The position numbers and the translations under genes were made by a program. The notes under the pieces are model-generated. The model had not been told where the DNA came from, ran no database searches, and was given only the letters and a program-made list of their open reading frames with translations. A stretch of DNA of 63,704 nucleotides, filler included. It is 5 parts of 5 records of this genome, joined end to end, with 100 filler letters (N's around TTAATTAATTAA, not from the genome) between each part and the next. Parts side by side here need not be neighbours in the genome. Positions count along the whole stretch, not along the records: positions 28,979 to 40,715 come from SRR22947725_3640; 4 more parts are not named here. One strand, written 5' to 3'. Positions 30,065 through 40,715 of this stretch are shown here, one piece after another (the first letter of the stretch is position 1; each line of letters opens with the position of its first letter).

Positions 30065-31171
30065 ATGATGAGTATTTCTGCTAAAAGTAGTATTGAAAAA
30101 TTAAAAACTTATAAACCAAATTTTGGTAAGAGTAAGCTTGACAACTTAATAAGACTCTCAGCCAATGAAGGGGCCCTAGGAACATCTTTGAAAGCTATTA
30201 AAGCTGTAAAATCTTTTTCTACAAATTTACATAGATATCCACCACAAGTAAGTGAAGATTTAATTAGAGCTATTGGAAAAAGGTATTCGCTTAACAAGGA
30301 TAGAATTATATTAGGTAACGGTTCTGACGAATTAATATCTATTATTGCACAAGCTTTTTTAGATACTAAAGATGAAGCCATATATACGGAATATGGTTTT
30401 TTACAATTTCCTCAAGCTATAGCAGTAGCAGGAGCAAAAGGGGTTATAGCAAAAGATAATGGTTTAACCGCGAGCGTAGATAATATTTTATCAAAAATTA
30501 ATAAAAAAACTAAAGTTATATTTTTGGCTAATGCAAACAACCCTACAGGTACATTTATACCCAAAGATGAAGTTATAAGATTACATAGCTCTATCCCACC
30601 AAATGTATTATTAGTTTATGATGCAGCGTATTCCGAGTTTATTAATCATCATGATTACATTGATGGTAGTAGTTTAGTTGAAAAAAATGAGAATGTAATT
30701 ATGTTGAGAACATTTTCTAAATTGCATGGATTAGCGTCCCTACGTTTAGGTTGGGGCTATTGTTCTCAATATATAATCGATAATCTGATGAAAGTAAGAG
30801 GCCCCTTTAGTGTCAATACTCCAGCAATAATTGCGGGCATAGCTGCGGTTGAAGATATTGATTTTCAAAAAATGTCTGTTGCACACAACTTTGAATGGAT
30901 GGCATGGTTTGAAAAACAATTAAAAATATTAAACTTAACTTTTGAAAAATCTTTAACAAATTTTCTATTAATAAAGTTTCCAAATGATATTAAATATAGC
31001 GCTCAAAGCGCTGAAGACTTTCTTGCAAAAAAAGGGATATTAGTAAGAGGCATGGCTGTTTATAATTTACCTAATTATTTACGAGTATCAATTGGAACTG
31101 AGAAAGAAAATATTACATTAATAAACGAATTGAAAAAATTTTTAGAAAAAGATAATGACAATAATATTTAA
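30065..31171 (+). CDS. hisC: Histidinol-phosphate aminotransferase
   Basis: LSANE, GNGSDE, NNPTG, DAAY, RTFSKLHGLASLRLG. Confidence 0.96.
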   Translation: MMSISAKSSIEKLKTYKPNFGKSKLDNLIRLSANEGALGTSLKAIKAVKSFSTNLHRYPPQVSEDLIRAIGKRYSLNKDRIILGNGSDELISIIAQAFLDTKDEAIYTEYGFLQFPQAIAVAGAKGVIAKDNGLTASVDNILSKINKKTKVIFLANANNPTGTFIPKDEVIRLHSSIPPNVLLVYDAAYSEFINHHDYIDGSSLVEKNENVIMLRTFSKLHGLASLRLGWGYCSQYIIDNLMKVRGPFSVNTPAIIAGIAAVEDIDFQKMSVAHNFEWMAWFEKQLKILNLTFEKSLTNFLLIKFPNDIKYSAQSAEDFLAKKGILVRGMAVYNLPNYLRVSIGTEKENITLINELKKFLEKDNDNNI

Positions 31172-32033
31172 CAAGGTTTCTATAATTGGTTTAGGTCTAA
31201 TTGGCACCTCAATTTTACATGCTATAAAGGTTAAAGAAGATCAAAAGGTATTAACTTTTGCATATGATATTAATCCTGAACATAGATCAATAGTTTCTGA
31301 AATGAAAATAGCTACCTATGTTTGTGATGATATTAAAGAAACAGTTCAAGAGGCTGATTTAATAATCCTTGCTATCCCTGTTGGTTCTATGAAATCTGTT
31401 GCTAATTTAATTGCGCCACACTTAAAACCAGAAGCTTTAGTTACAGATACTGGATCAACCAAGCTTTCAGTTATTAAAGATGTTATGTCTTTTATTCCGA
31501 CAAATAATTACTTTATTCCTTCACATCCTTTAGCGGGCACAGAATATTCTGGACCAAGGTCAGGCTTTAGTGCCTTGTTTGAAAATCGTTATTGGTTAAT
31601 TGTTTGTGATAAAGAAACTAAACAAACTAAAGAATTAGCTCTTTTTTTTAAAAAACTAGGATCAATCGTTGAAACAGTAAATGTTGATTATCACGATAGA
31701 ATCCTTGCTATTACATCGCATTTACCACACTTGATTGCATATACAATAGTTGGCACAGCTTCAGATTTAGAGTCTGACCTAAAGAATGATGTAATAAAAT
31801 ATTCTGCCTCAGGCTTTAGAGACTTCACTCGTATTGCTTCTTCAGACCCAATAATGTGGAGAGATATTTTTGTTAACAATTCAGAAGCTGTTCTTGAAAT
31901 GCTCCAAAGATTTAATGAAGATCTTTCAGATTTACAAAAAGCTATAAGAAAAAAGGATGGAGAAAAATTACATTCTTTTTTTTCAAGAACAAAGTCTATT
32001 AGAGAAAGAATAATAGATGCTGGACAAAGTTAA
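31155..32033 (+). CDS. tyrC: Prephenate/arogenate (cyclohexadienyl) dehydrogenase
   Basis: GLGLIG, DTGSTK, HPLAGTE, HD...TSHLPH, GFRDFTRIA. Confidence 0.95.
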   Translation: MTIIFNKVSIIGLGLIGTSILHAIKVKEDQKVLTFAYDINPEHRSIVSEMKIATYVCDDIKETVQEADLIILAIPVGSMKSVANLIAPHLKPEALVTDTGSTKLSVIKDVMSFIPTNNYFIPSHPLAGTEYSGPRSGFSALFENRYWLIVCDKETKQTKELALFFKKLGSIVETVNVDYHDRILAITSHLPHLIAYTIVGTASDLESDLKNDVIKYSASGFRDFTRIASSDPIMWRDIFVNNSEAVLEMLQRFNEDLSDLQKAIRKKDGEKLHSFFSRTKSIRERIIDAGQS

Positions 32034-32040
32034 TAAAATA

Positions 32041-32694
32041 TCAAATATTCATAACTTTTATTCTTAAGCTAGCGATAAGTAATTTTGAATACTCAAAAAA
32101 TATTAAAGAAAACGTGTCTGAAGAATATAACCAGTTTTTAATATCATGATTTTTAGGAGTGATAGGATAAGTAAAAATTTTTTGATTTGGCATCCTGTTT
32201 TTAAATTCTAAAATAGCCCTTGGCATATGATAATTACTGGTAATTAGAATAATATTATCTATATCATTTTTTTTAGTCCATTTATAAGTTTCAGAAGCGT
32301 TTGAATAGGTATCTTTAGATATACTTTCAAGTTCTATGCAGCATTCAACCAATTTTAAATTAAAGTCTGAAGTAAGTATTTTTTTTAAAGTTGCTTTTGT
32401 GAATCCCTTGCCCGTTCCGCTGATAAGTATTTTGAAGTCAGTTTTAGTAAGCTTGTTAATATTATTTACAATTTTAAGGCCCTCTTTAATTCTATTTGAA
32501 CCGCCTGTTAAAATTACTATATTTGAGTTAACAATATTTCTACTCTTTTCTAAGGATAAAATTTTTTCTTGAAAATTAAATAAACCAACAAAAAAATAAC
32601 TTATAAATAGAATAAGAATTATAAAAAAAGAAGATTTATTTATAAATTTTACCATATTAACGTTCATAATTCTTTTACGTAAACATGTTGGCAA
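32041..32694 (-). CDS. YdcF / DUF218 (ElyC/SanA-like) protein; true start probably slightly downstream
   Basis: N-terminal TM helix, IVILTGG, ISGTG, TYSNA, ITSNYHMPRA, EYSK. Confidence 0.9.
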   Translation of the reverse strand: MPTCLRKRIMNVNMVKFINKSSFFIILILFISYFFVGLFNFQEKILSLEKSRNIVNSNIVILTGGSNRIKEGLKIVNNINKLTKTDFKILISGTGKGFTKATLKKILTSDFNLKLVECCIELESISKDTYSNASETYKWTKKNDIDNIILITSNYHMPRAILEFKNRMPNQKIFTYPITPKNHDIKNWLYSSDTFSLIFFEYSKLLIASLRIKVMNI

Positions 32695-32755
32695 AAAAAT
32701 GTATGTTAGTATACAATAATTATTAATTTATATTAACGTTTAGGAATTTTATATA

Positions 32756-33628
32756 ATGTTTAAAACATGTAAATCATGTGGAACAACATTTGATTTGGAT
32801 GAAAATATTCTTTCAAAAAATGTGCTTTGGTTAAAATGTAGCGTTTGTAATGAAAAATGGAGCTTGTCTGATAAACCGAGTGAAGATACAAAGAAAAAAA
32901 ATGTTGATATAGACAACAAACTTAAGGCTGAGAAAAATAATTCTATTAATCAAACTGAAAAAGTAACAAGTGAATTAGCTTCAATAAAATCTGTTGTTGA
33001 AGATCAAACTAAAAAAATGTCTAAAAAAAATAATCCAATTTTAGACATAAAAAATAAATCCGTTGCAGAAATTTCTTCAGAATTGTCTGCGTCTAAGTTG
33101 AAATCGGAAGATGTAAAACAAGAAAAAAATGTCGATACAATAAAGAATAAAATTAAAAAGGATAAGAAAAAATTTAATTTCTTTCCTTTTGTTTTTGTTT
33201 TTCTAATTTTGTTTTTTTCTTCATTATTATTTTTTCGTTCTGCTTTATTTAGTTATAGTTATTTTTATTTTCCTAAAAACACCGAAAAATATATAGTAAA
33301 AATTAACGACGTTTTGAGTAGTGTTCAATTACCTATTTTGGTAGAATTAGGACATATCAAAATGGTTGATTTTGTAGCTACTATTCAGCAAGAGACTGTT
33401 AAGTTTTCTGGAGTCATTAAAAATAATTCTTTAAGACCAATATTAACTCCAAGAATAAGAATTTTAGCTATAAGAGAAGATAGAAAAATCTTAATGGAAA
33501 AAATTATAGTTATAAACGAGAAGATAATAATGCCTTCTTCAACTATTGATTTCAACGATTTTTCTAGAATTAATTCTAAAGAAGAAAATATAAGTGTGAA
33601 AGCAGTAATCTTAAAAAAGTTATTTTGA
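32756..33628 (+). CDS. MJ0042-type zinc-ribbon membrane protein (DUF3426-like C-terminus)
   Basis: CKSC...CSVC zinc ribbon, low-complexity linker, TM helix and beta-rich C-terminal domain. Confidence 0.8.
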   Translation: MFKTCKSCGTTFDLDENILSKNVLWLKCSVCNEKWSLSDKPSEDTKKKNVDIDNKLKAEKNNSINQTEKVTSELASIKSVVEDQTKKMSKKNNPILDIKNKSVAEISSELSASKLKSEDVKQEKNVDTIKNKIKKDKKKFNFFPFVFVFLILFFSSLLFFRSALFSYSYFYFPKNTEKYIVKINDVLSSVQLPILVELGHIKMVDFVATIQQETVKFSGVIKNNSLRPILTPRIRILAIREDRKILMEKIIVINEKIIMPSSTIDFNDFSRINSKEENISVKAVILKKLF

Positions 33629-33630
33629 AA

Positions 33631-34893
33631 TTAATTGTAATTTACTACTTTTTCTTTTGAAATTAATTCTTTTACGGTTTCTGGCTCTCTAATTAAGTAA
33701 TCTCTTTTGTCATATATAATTATTTCTTTTGCGTCAGCTCTTGTATTGTAATTAGATCTCATTACTGACGAATATGCTCCTGTGGTTCTTATAGCTAACA
33801 GTTCACTACTTTCGACTTTTTCAATTTCTCTATCTAGGGCAATATAATCACCGGTTTCGCAAATTGGTCCTACAATATCAGTAACAATGACAGAACTATT
33901 TTTTTTCAAAACAGGTTCAACTTTGTGGTATGCCTCATATAAGGTAGGCCTTATTAAGTTATTCATGGCCGCATCAACAATTATAAAGTTTTTGTCTTGT
34001 GTCTTCTTATTTCTAATTACTTTTGTGACTAGTATGCCTGCTTCAGCTATCAGGCTTCTTCCTGGTTCAAAATTAAGCTTATAGTTGGTGTCAGCAAAAA
34101 CATCTAACAAAATCTTTTTATAAGAAGAAAAATCGGGGGGTTGATTATTCTCATAATTTATTCCAATTCCTCCACCTAGGTCTAGAGTTGGAATCTTATA
34201 ACCTTTGCTAACCAAATCATCCGCCAAATTTTTAAGACTTAGATATGCTTGATAAAAAAAGTTAAAATCAAAAATTTGTGAACCAATATGAACTGCTAAA
34301 CCTACGGGGGTTATATAATTAAGTTCATGTAATTTTTTATATATAGAATTTACACTTTTAAAATCAATTCCAAATTTTGTCTCTTTATCTCCTGTAGATA
34401 TTTTTTTATGTGTGTTTGGAGCAATATTGGGATTAACTCGTAAACATATGTTTGCATTTAATTTTAACTTAGATGCAACCTTAAATATGTCGTCTAGTTC
34501 TTCTTCTGACTCAATATTAAATTGTAGAATATTATTTTTAAGTGCTATTTCAATTTCAGAGTTTTCTTTACCAACCCCAGAAAAAATAATTTTTTGAGGA
34601 GACATACCAGCCGCAACACATTTTTCAAATTCGCCTATAGAAACTATATCTGCACCGCTCCCTAATTTAGAAAAATAACTTATTATTGCAAGGGCATCAT
34701 TTGCTTTCACAGCATAATGAATATTTCCTTTAACAACAGAAACAGTTTCTACAAAAGTATTATATCGTTCTTCCATTAATTTACTGTCATAAATAAATAA
34801 AGGTGTACCGTATTTCTGAACTAAATCACTAATTGGTATACCTTGAACACAGAGCTCTTTTTTATTATTCCTATGAAAACCTAATGAATACAT
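33631..34893 (-). CDS. lysA: Diaminopimelate decarboxylase
   Basis: YAVKAN, HIGSQ, DLGGG, EPGR, GPICETGD, GAY. Confidence 0.97.
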   Translation of the reverse strand: MYSLGFHRNNKKELCVQGIPISDLVQKYGTPLFIYDSKLMEERYNTFVETVSVVKGNIHYAVKANDALAIISYFSKLGSGADIVSIGEFEKCVAAGMSPQKIIFSGVGKENSEIEIALKNNILQFNIESEEELDDIFKVASKLKLNANICLRVNPNIAPNTHKKISTGDKETKFGIDFKSVNSIYKKLHELNYITPVGLAVHIGSQIFDFNFFYQAYLSLKNLADDLVSKGYKIPTLDLGGGIGINYENNQPPDFSSYKKILLDVFADTNYKLNFEPGRSLIAEAGILVTKVIRNKKTQDKNFIIVDAAMNNLIRPTLYEAYHKVEPVLKKNSSVIVTDIVGPICETGDYIALDREIEKVESSELLAIRTTGAYSSVMRSNYNTRADAKEIIIYDKRDYLIREPETVKELISKEKVVNYN

Positions 34894-34901
34894 AACAATA
34901 T

Positions 34902-35015
34902 TTAATTCTTAAGTATGATTTCAGATGGTTTAATTGGTTCGTCTTTTCTTCCACAAGCATATAAAAACATTGAAGAAAATAAGAAGGTAATCAAAATTAA
35001 TATTTTATAGTTCAT
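34902..35015 (-). CDS. Small lipoprotein (LppL/LptM-like), 37 aa, absent from the ORF track
   Basis: MNYKILILITFLFSSMFLYACGRKDEPIKPSEIILKN; lipobox LYAC followed by GRK; sits between argH and lysA. Confidence 0.8.
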   Translation of the reverse strand: MNYKILILITFLFSSMFLYACGRKDEPIKPSEIILKN

Positions 35016-35020
35016 ATGAT

Positions 35021-36433
35021 TTAATCCTTTAAAAATCTTTTTTTAGCTTCTCTTGCAGCTTTTAGAACATTTTTTGGAGCAGTACCGCCGTATGAGTTTC
35101 TACTAGAAACAGATTTTTGTATCTTTAAAACGTCTAGAATTTTATTATCTGCCTTAGGAATAATTTTTTGTATATCTTTTAACGATAAACTTTCTAAAGT
35201 ACAATCTTTCTCCTCTGCTAATAACACTATTCGCCCAGTGAGATGATGAGCGTCTCTAAAAGGTATATCTAAATTTATAACTAAATAGTCAGCTAAATCA
35301 GTTGCAGTTGGAAAGCCCTTTTGAAGAGCTTCAATCATATTATTAGGAATAGGTTGCAAGCCTTTAATCATTCCATCCATATTTACGATACACATTTGTA
35401 TAGTCCTAGCTGTATCGAAAATTGGTTCTTTGTCTTCTTGCATATCTTTTCCATATGTCATTGGCAGCCCTTTTAGTACTGTCATTAGGCTTAGCATATT
35501 CCCAAATATTCTTCCTGGCTTAGCTCTAATCAACTCAGCAGCATCAGGATTTCTTTTTTGAGGCATAATACTTGAACCTGTTGTAAAACTCTCAGGTAAT
35601 TTAATAAAATTAAATCTGTCAGAAGACCAAATAACTAACTCTTCGGCCAATCTAGATAAATGAATTGCAATCAAAGAGGCTGCTGACATAAATTCAACAG
35701 CAAAATCTCTATCTGAAACCCCATCCATAGAATTTTTGGTGGGTTTATCAAATCCTAATTTTTTTGAAACAAAATCACGATCAATTGGATAACTCGTTCC
35801 AGCCAAAGCTGCTGAACCTAAGGGTAATTCATTCAATCTTTTTCTACAATCAGTTAATCTACCTCTATCCCTACCAAGCATTTCAACGTAAGCGAGTAAG
35901 TGGTGTCCAAAGGTAACTGGTTGTGCAACCTGAAGATGTGTATAACCAGGCATTAACATGTCATAATACAGTTCTGATTTATCGATTAATGTTTTTTGAA
36001 GTAACTTCAGGTTTATTTCGATTTGGTCAATACTATCCCTAAGCCATAACTTTATATCTGTAGCTACTTGGTCGTTTCTAGATCTTCCAGTATGTAATTT
36101 TTTACCAGCATCGCCAATTAAATCAACTAATCTGTTTTCTATATTCATATGGATATCTTCTAACTTGATAGAAAAAGTAAAGTTATTATTAGATATTTCT
36201 GTCTTAATTTTGTTTAAACCTGTCTTTATTAATTTAAAATCTTTTTCAGATATAATTTTTTGTTTACACAGCATTTCTGCATGGACGATTGAAGCTTCAA
36301 TATCTTGTTTGTATAGTTTTTTGTCAAACTGAATAGATGAGTTAAACTCTTCCATTAATTTGTTAGAAGATGATGAAAATCTACCACCCCATATTTTGCT
36401 ATTATTTTGTTCTTCAGAACTGTCTTTTTTCAT
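35021..36433 (-). CDS. argH: Argininosuccinate lyase
   Basis: WGGRF, RSRNDQ, GYTHLQ, GSSIMPQKRNPD. Confidence 0.98.
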   Translation of the reverse strand: MKKDSSEEQNNSKIWGGRFSSSSNKLMEEFNSSIQFDKKLYKQDIEASIVHAEMLCKQKIISEKDFKLIKTGLNKIKTEISNNNFTFSIKLEDIHMNIENRLVDLIGDAGKKLHTGRSRNDQVATDIKLWLRDSIDQIEINLKLLQKTLIDKSELYYDMLMPGYTHLQVAQPVTFGHHLLAYVEMLGRDRGRLTDCRKRLNELPLGSAALAGTSYPIDRDFVSKKLGFDKPTKNSMDGVSDRDFAVEFMSAASLIAIHLSRLAEELVIWSSDRFNFIKLPESFTTGSSIMPQKRNPDAAELIRAKPGRIFGNMLSLMTVLKGLPMTYGKDMQEDKEPIFDTARTIQMCIVNMDGMIKGLQPIPNNMIEALQKGFPTATDLADYLVINLDIPFRDAHHLTGRIVLLAEEKDCTLESLSLKDIQKIIPKADNKILDVLKIQKSVSSRNSYGGTAPKNVLKAAREAKKRFLKD

Positions 36434-36488
36434 TTTTTAATCTATATTGAGTAATTAACAATTATTGATACTTATATTAGTTTAGACC

Positions 36489-37022
36489 ATGAATACATCA
36501 AAAATTAATAAAAAAATATTATTATTCCTTCTCTTAATACTTTTTAGTAATAATGCTGTAGCCTCTGAGAGCTTAAAAAAGCTGAGTGTCAGCATAGCAT
36601 TTCCAAATCTAGCAATTTTAAATAGTAAAGAAAAACCTTTTATTTTTGATTTTGAAAAAAATTCAACAAGTGAAGGTTATGTAATCAACTTTTGGGCTAC
36701 CTGGTGCGTTCCATGTAAAAAAGAACTACCCGACTTAAGTTTGCTTAATTTAAAGCTTAAAAAGCACAATATAGAAGTATTAACTATTTCTATAGATAAG
36801 AAAAATATTAAAGAACAGTTAAGTTTTTTATTTAATAACGGCGCATCCGATTTAAACCATTTTTTTGATAAAGACATGAAAATTTATAAAGCATTAAAAT
36901 TAAAGGGCATTCCTACAACTATTATAATCAATAAAAAAGGATCAGTAGTGTCAAAACACGAGGGTATCTTGAAATGGGGTGAAGCTAGGGTTGTTAAAAA
37001 TATTATAAATTTACTTAATTAA
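36489..37022 (+). CDS. TlpA-family disulfide reductase
   Basis: Signal/TM segment, NFWATWCVPC, GIPTT. Confidence 0.92.
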   Translation: MNTSKINKKILLFLLLILFSNNAVASESLKKLSVSIAFPNLAILNSKEKPFIFDFEKNSTSEGYVINFWATWCVPCKKELPDLSLLNLKLKKHNIEVLTISIDKKNIKEQLSFLFNNGASDLNHFFDKDMKIYKALKLKGIPTTIIINKKGSVVSKHEGILKWGEARVVKNIINLLN

Positions 37023-37940
37023 CTTTTCCATCTCAGGGACTGCTTTAAATAAATCTTCAGAAAGCCCATAGTCAGATACTGTAAAGATGGGTGCTTCTTC
37101 ATCTTTATTGATAGCAACTATAACCTTGCTATCTTTCATACCAGCTAAGTGCTGTATTGCTCCAGAAATTCCTGCTGCAATATATAAGTTTGGTGCTACT
37201 ACTTTTCCAGTTTGCCCAACTTGCCAGTCATTAGGAACGTATCCTGCATCAACTGCAGCTCTGCTGGCTCCCATTGCAGCTCCAAGTTTGTCTGCAAGTT
37301 TTTCAAGAACTTGGAAGTTTTCACTAGAACCTAGCCCTCTGCCACCTGATACCACTATTTCAGCTGCAGTTAATTCAGGTCTTTCATTTTTAGAAAGTTC
37401 AGAATTTATGTACTTTGACAAAGCTGTCTTTTCACCAGATTTAATGGAGGTGGTTTTCGTCTCTTTATCACTGATAATAGCTTTTTCAAAAGCAGTAGTT
37501 CTTATTGTTAATATTTTTAAGTTATCGTTACTTTTGCAAGTTGCAATTGCATTACCTGCATATATTGGTCTCTTAAAAGTATCAATGTCAATTATTTCAA
37601 TAACATCTGGAATGATCATTACATCTAACAATGCTGCTAAACGTGGAGCAGTATTTTTACCATTTGCTGTATTAGAAAATAATACATGTGTATATTTTTC
37701 AGCAATAGAATGAATTAAAATGGAAGTATCTTCAGCTAATGGGTTTTCATAAATTTTTTCATCACAAAATAGAACCTCATTAATACCTTCAATTTTACTA
37801 GTTGATTTGATCACTGTCTGACAATTATTTCCAATAACTAATGCATCTGTATTTCCAATTTGTTTAGCAGCATTTACGGTATGTAAAGTTGCTGGTAAAA
37901 GTTCATTATTGTTATGCTCAACTATTACTAATATACTCAT
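37011..37940 (-). CDS. etfA: Electron transfer flavoprotein alpha subunit
   Basis: RPIYAGN, SGGRG, QVGQTGK, GISGAIQHLAG. Confidence 0.98.
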   Translation of the reverse strand: MSILVIVEHNNNELLPATLHTVNAAKQIGNTDALVIGNNCQTVIKSTSKIEGINEVLFCDEKIYENPLAEDTSILIHSIAEKYTHVLFSNTANGKNTAPRLAALLDVMIIPDVIEIIDIDTFKRPIYAGNAIATCKSNDNLKILTIRTTAFEKAIISDKETKTTSIKSGEKTALSKYINSELSKNERPELTAAEIVVSGGRGLGSSENFQVLEKLADKLGAAMGASRAAVDAGYVPNDWQVGQTGKVVAPNLYIAAGISGAIQHLAGMKDSKVIVAINKDEEAPIFTVSDYGLSEDLFKAVPEMEKLIK

Positions 37941-37958
37941 TTTATATCCTTATTGAAT

Positions 37959-38708
37959 TTATATTACTTTTGCTTCATTCTTTAATTTATCAACTAATTC
38001 TTCAATAGTTTTTAACATTATACCTGATTGGCGCTTAGATGGCTCCTCAACTTTTAATATGTCCAAACGCTGCTTAATATCTATTTTAAGTTCTTCAACT
38101 TTTATCTGATTGATAGGTTTCTTTTTTGCTTTCATAATGTTAGGTAAGCTAGCATATCTAGGCTCATTTAGTCTTAAGTCTGTACTAATTACTGCTGGTA
38201 AAGTAACTTGTATGTTCTCAATGCCACCATCAACTTCCCTACTTACCTTTGCTATTTTATCATCAATTTCTATTTTACTTGCAAAAGTAGCTTGTGGCCA
38301 ATTTAATAAAGCCGCAACCATTTGGCTAGTAGCATTCATATCATCGTCAATGGCTTGTTTTCCCAAAATCATTAAATCAATATTTTCTTTTGTGGCTATA
38401 GATGAAATGATTTTTGCAATATTTAGTGGTTCTAAAGTTTCATTAACTTCAACAAAAATGCCTGAATCTGCGCCCATAGCAAGTGCATTTCTAATTGTTT
38501 CTTGTACCTGAGATACACCTATAGAAATAGCTATTACTTCTGTTGCAACTCCTTTTTCTTTAAGTCTTAATGCTTCTTCAACAGCTATTTCATCAAATGG
38601 GTTCATGGACATTTTAACATTATCTAACTCAACTCCTGAATTATCGCTTTTAACTCGTACTTTTACGTTATAATCCACAACTCTTTTAACGGGTACTAAG
38701 ATTTTCAA
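37959..38708 (-). CDS. etfB: Electron transfer flavoprotein beta subunit; probable TTG start at 38708
   Basis: [40 protein letters not shown] at 38715-38720. Confidence 0.97.
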   Translation of the reverse strand: MKILVPVKRVVDYNVKVRVKSDNSGVELDNVKMSMNPFDEIAVEEALRLKEKGVATEVIAISIGVSQVQETIRNALAMGADSGIFVEVNETLEPLNIAKIISSIATKENIDLMILGKQAIDDDMNATSQMVAALLNWPQATFASKIEIDDKIAKVSREVDGGIENIQVTLPAVISTDLRLNEPRYASLPNIMKAKKKPINQIKVEELKIDIKQRLDILKVEEPSKRQSGIMLKTIEELVDKLKNEAKVI

Positions 38709-38736
38709 ATTTTTCTCCTTTAACATATATTATCAA

Positions 38737-39330
38737 TTAATCTTGATTTAAACCTGGAATCCACAAAATATCCTTTAATCCATTTTCATTCAAGACCCTA
38801 CATAAAACAAATAACAAGTCAGACAATCTATTTAGATAAATCAGAGATTGCGCATTTATAGGTTCTTCGCTACCTAAAAGTGAGGTGTCTCTTTCTGCTC
38901 TTCTGGCAATTGTTCTAGACATATGAAGCAAAGAAGATTCCTCTGTTCCTCCTGGAAGGATAAAAGAATTCAATGGTTTTAAATTACTGTTAAACTTGTC
39001 AATTTGTTGTTCAATTTTTTCAACTTGACTCTTTTTAATTCTAAGTGGAGGATATTTTTCTTTAGTTTCAGAAATAGGTGTAGACAAGTCTGCACCTAGA
39101 TCAAATAAGTCATTTTGAATTTCTTTAACTAAATTTTTGATCTCTATGCGTTTGTTGTCAGTATTATTATTGTTTAAGCACAAGTAAACTAAACCTAATG
39201 ATGAATTTAATTCATCAACAGACCCATAAGCCTGTGGCCTTGGTGAATGTTTTGCTACTCTACTTCCATCAGTAAGACCTGTTGATCCGTTATCCCCTGT
39301 ACGAGTATAAATTTTATTTAATTTAACCAT
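38737..39330 (-). CDS. PduO-type ATP:cob(I)alamin adenosyltransferase
   Basis: IYTRTGDNG, GSVDELNS, FILPGG, RRAER, LNRLSDLLF. Confidence 0.95.
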   Translation of the reverse strand: MVKLNKIYTRTGDNGSTGLTDGSRVAKHSPRPQAYGSVDELNSSLGLVYLCLNNNNTDNKRIEIKNLVKEIQNDLFDLGADLSTPISETKEKYPPLRIKKSQVEKIEQQIDKFNSNLKPLNSFILPGGTEESSLLHMSRTIARRAERDTSLLGSEEPINAQSLIYLNRLSDLLFVLCRVLNENGLKDILWIPGLNQD

Positions 39331-39526
39331 TAATAGACCTCTTATATATTAATAGGCAAACAAAAATTAAAATGGCTAATGCCTGAAATACTATTCTATA
39401 TCTCATTATAAGGTTGCTCTTTGATTTGTTGTACTCGCCACCTCTAGCCATAGTTATTAGACCCCAAGCAAGGATCAAAACTACTAAAGACATGCATATA
39501 AACAATATTATATTATACCAATCCAT
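39323..39526 (-). CDS. Twin-transmembrane-helix small protein (HIG1 family)
   Basis: Two TM helices with SNLIMRYRIVFQ. Confidence 0.88.
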   Translation of the reverse strand: MDWYNIILFICMSLVVLILAWGLITMARGGEYNKSKSNLIMRYRIVFQALAILIFVCLLIYKRSING

Positions 39527-39537
39527 TATAAAGATCC

Positions 39538-40446
39538 TTAAATAATATTAACAAATTTTTCATTTTTATTTAAAAAGGCTGCTTTGACCGTATTATGCAT
39601 TAAGCATGCAATTGTCATTGGACCAACACCACCAGGAACAGGTGTAATTTTTTGAGAAACATTAATGACACTTTCAAAATTTATATCTCCTACAAGTTTA
39701 TATTTTTTTTCATTAGTTTTTGCATTCTCTAATTTTAATCTATTAATACCAACGTCTATTATGATTGCATTGGGTTTTATATAGGTGTCATCAATCATTT
39801 CAGGTTGTCCAATTGCTGATATCAAAATATCAGCATCACTACAATGTTCTTTGAGATTTTTTGTTTTGGAGTGAGTTATAGTAACAGTACAGTTGGATGA
39901 TAGTAACAATGAGGCCATAGGTTTGCCAACAATATTAGATCGACCAATAATCACAACATTTTTCCCATCCAACTCATTCAATTCTTTTTTTAGCATATAG
40001 AAACACCCCAGCGGTGTACAAGGAACAAAGTCAGGGTCACCCATTAATAACTTTCCAAAGTTAGTTGGATGAAAGCCATCAACATCTTTAGAAGGATTAA
40101 TTGATTGAATTATAAGTTTTTCAGAAATATGAGGTGGAAGTGGAAGTTGAACAAGAATTCCATCTACATTTGTATCTTTATTTAATTTATATATTTCGTT
40201 TAATAAATGCTCTTCAGAAGTATCAATAGGAAGCTTAATTTCGACAGATGTAATATTATTTTTTTCAGCTGTAAGTATCTTATTTTTAACATATATTTTA
40301 CTTGCAGGATCTTCACCAACTAATAAGACGGCTAAACATGGGTTGCGAAGAAATTTTTTTGAATAGTGATAACTTAATGGAAAAATTTCTTTAAGAAGAT
40401 TTTCAGCATACTGCTTACCGTTAATAATTTTACTAATATTTTGCAT
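39538..40446 (-). CDS. folD: Methylenetetrahydrofolate dehydrogenase/cyclohydrolase
   Basis: YVKNK, LVQLPLP, KDVDGFH, PCTP, GRSNIVGKP, PGGVGPMT. Confidence 0.98.
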   Translation of the reverse strand: MQNISKIINGKQYAENLLKEIFPLSYHYSKKFLRNPCLAVLLVGEDPASKIYVKNKILTAEKNNITSVEIKLPIDTSEEHLLNEIYKLNKDTNVDGILVQLPLPPHISEKLIIQSINPSKDVDGFHPTNFGKLLMGDPDFVPCTPLGCFYMLKKELNELDGKNVVIIGRSNIVGKPMASLLLSSNCTVTITHSKTKNLKEHCSDADILISAIGQPEMIDDTYIKPNAIIIDVGINRLKLENAKTNEKKYKLVGDINFESVINVSQKITPVPGGVGPMTIACLMHNTVKAAFLNKNEKFVNII

Positions 40447-40455
40447 AAAAATATT

Positions 40456-40715
40456 TTATAATCCTAGTCTATAATCTGTAATTAAGTTTTTTAAAAAACT
40501 CAGCAACAGTATTACTATAACTGGAGACAAGTCTATACCAGATAATAATGGAATATATTTTCTAATTTTACCCAATAATGGTTCATGAATTGAAATAAGT
40601 GCTCTAAAAATAGTATTTATAATTTTATTATAGTTATTAATCATTTGAAATTGAATTAGCAGGCCCATGATTACATAGACGAACAAAGTATATAAGTAGA
40701 GAGTAATTATTTCAT
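40456..40715 (-). CDS. YggT family membrane protein, 5'-truncated
   Basis: EPLLGKIRKYIP..GIDLSP; frame is open to the contig edge. Confidence 0.9.

Noticed and set aside
32723-32737. CtrA-box-like TTAA...TTAAC between ydcF and the zinc-ribbon gene
   Set aside because: The spacer is 6 nt rather than 7, and such motifs arise by chance in very AT-rich DNA.
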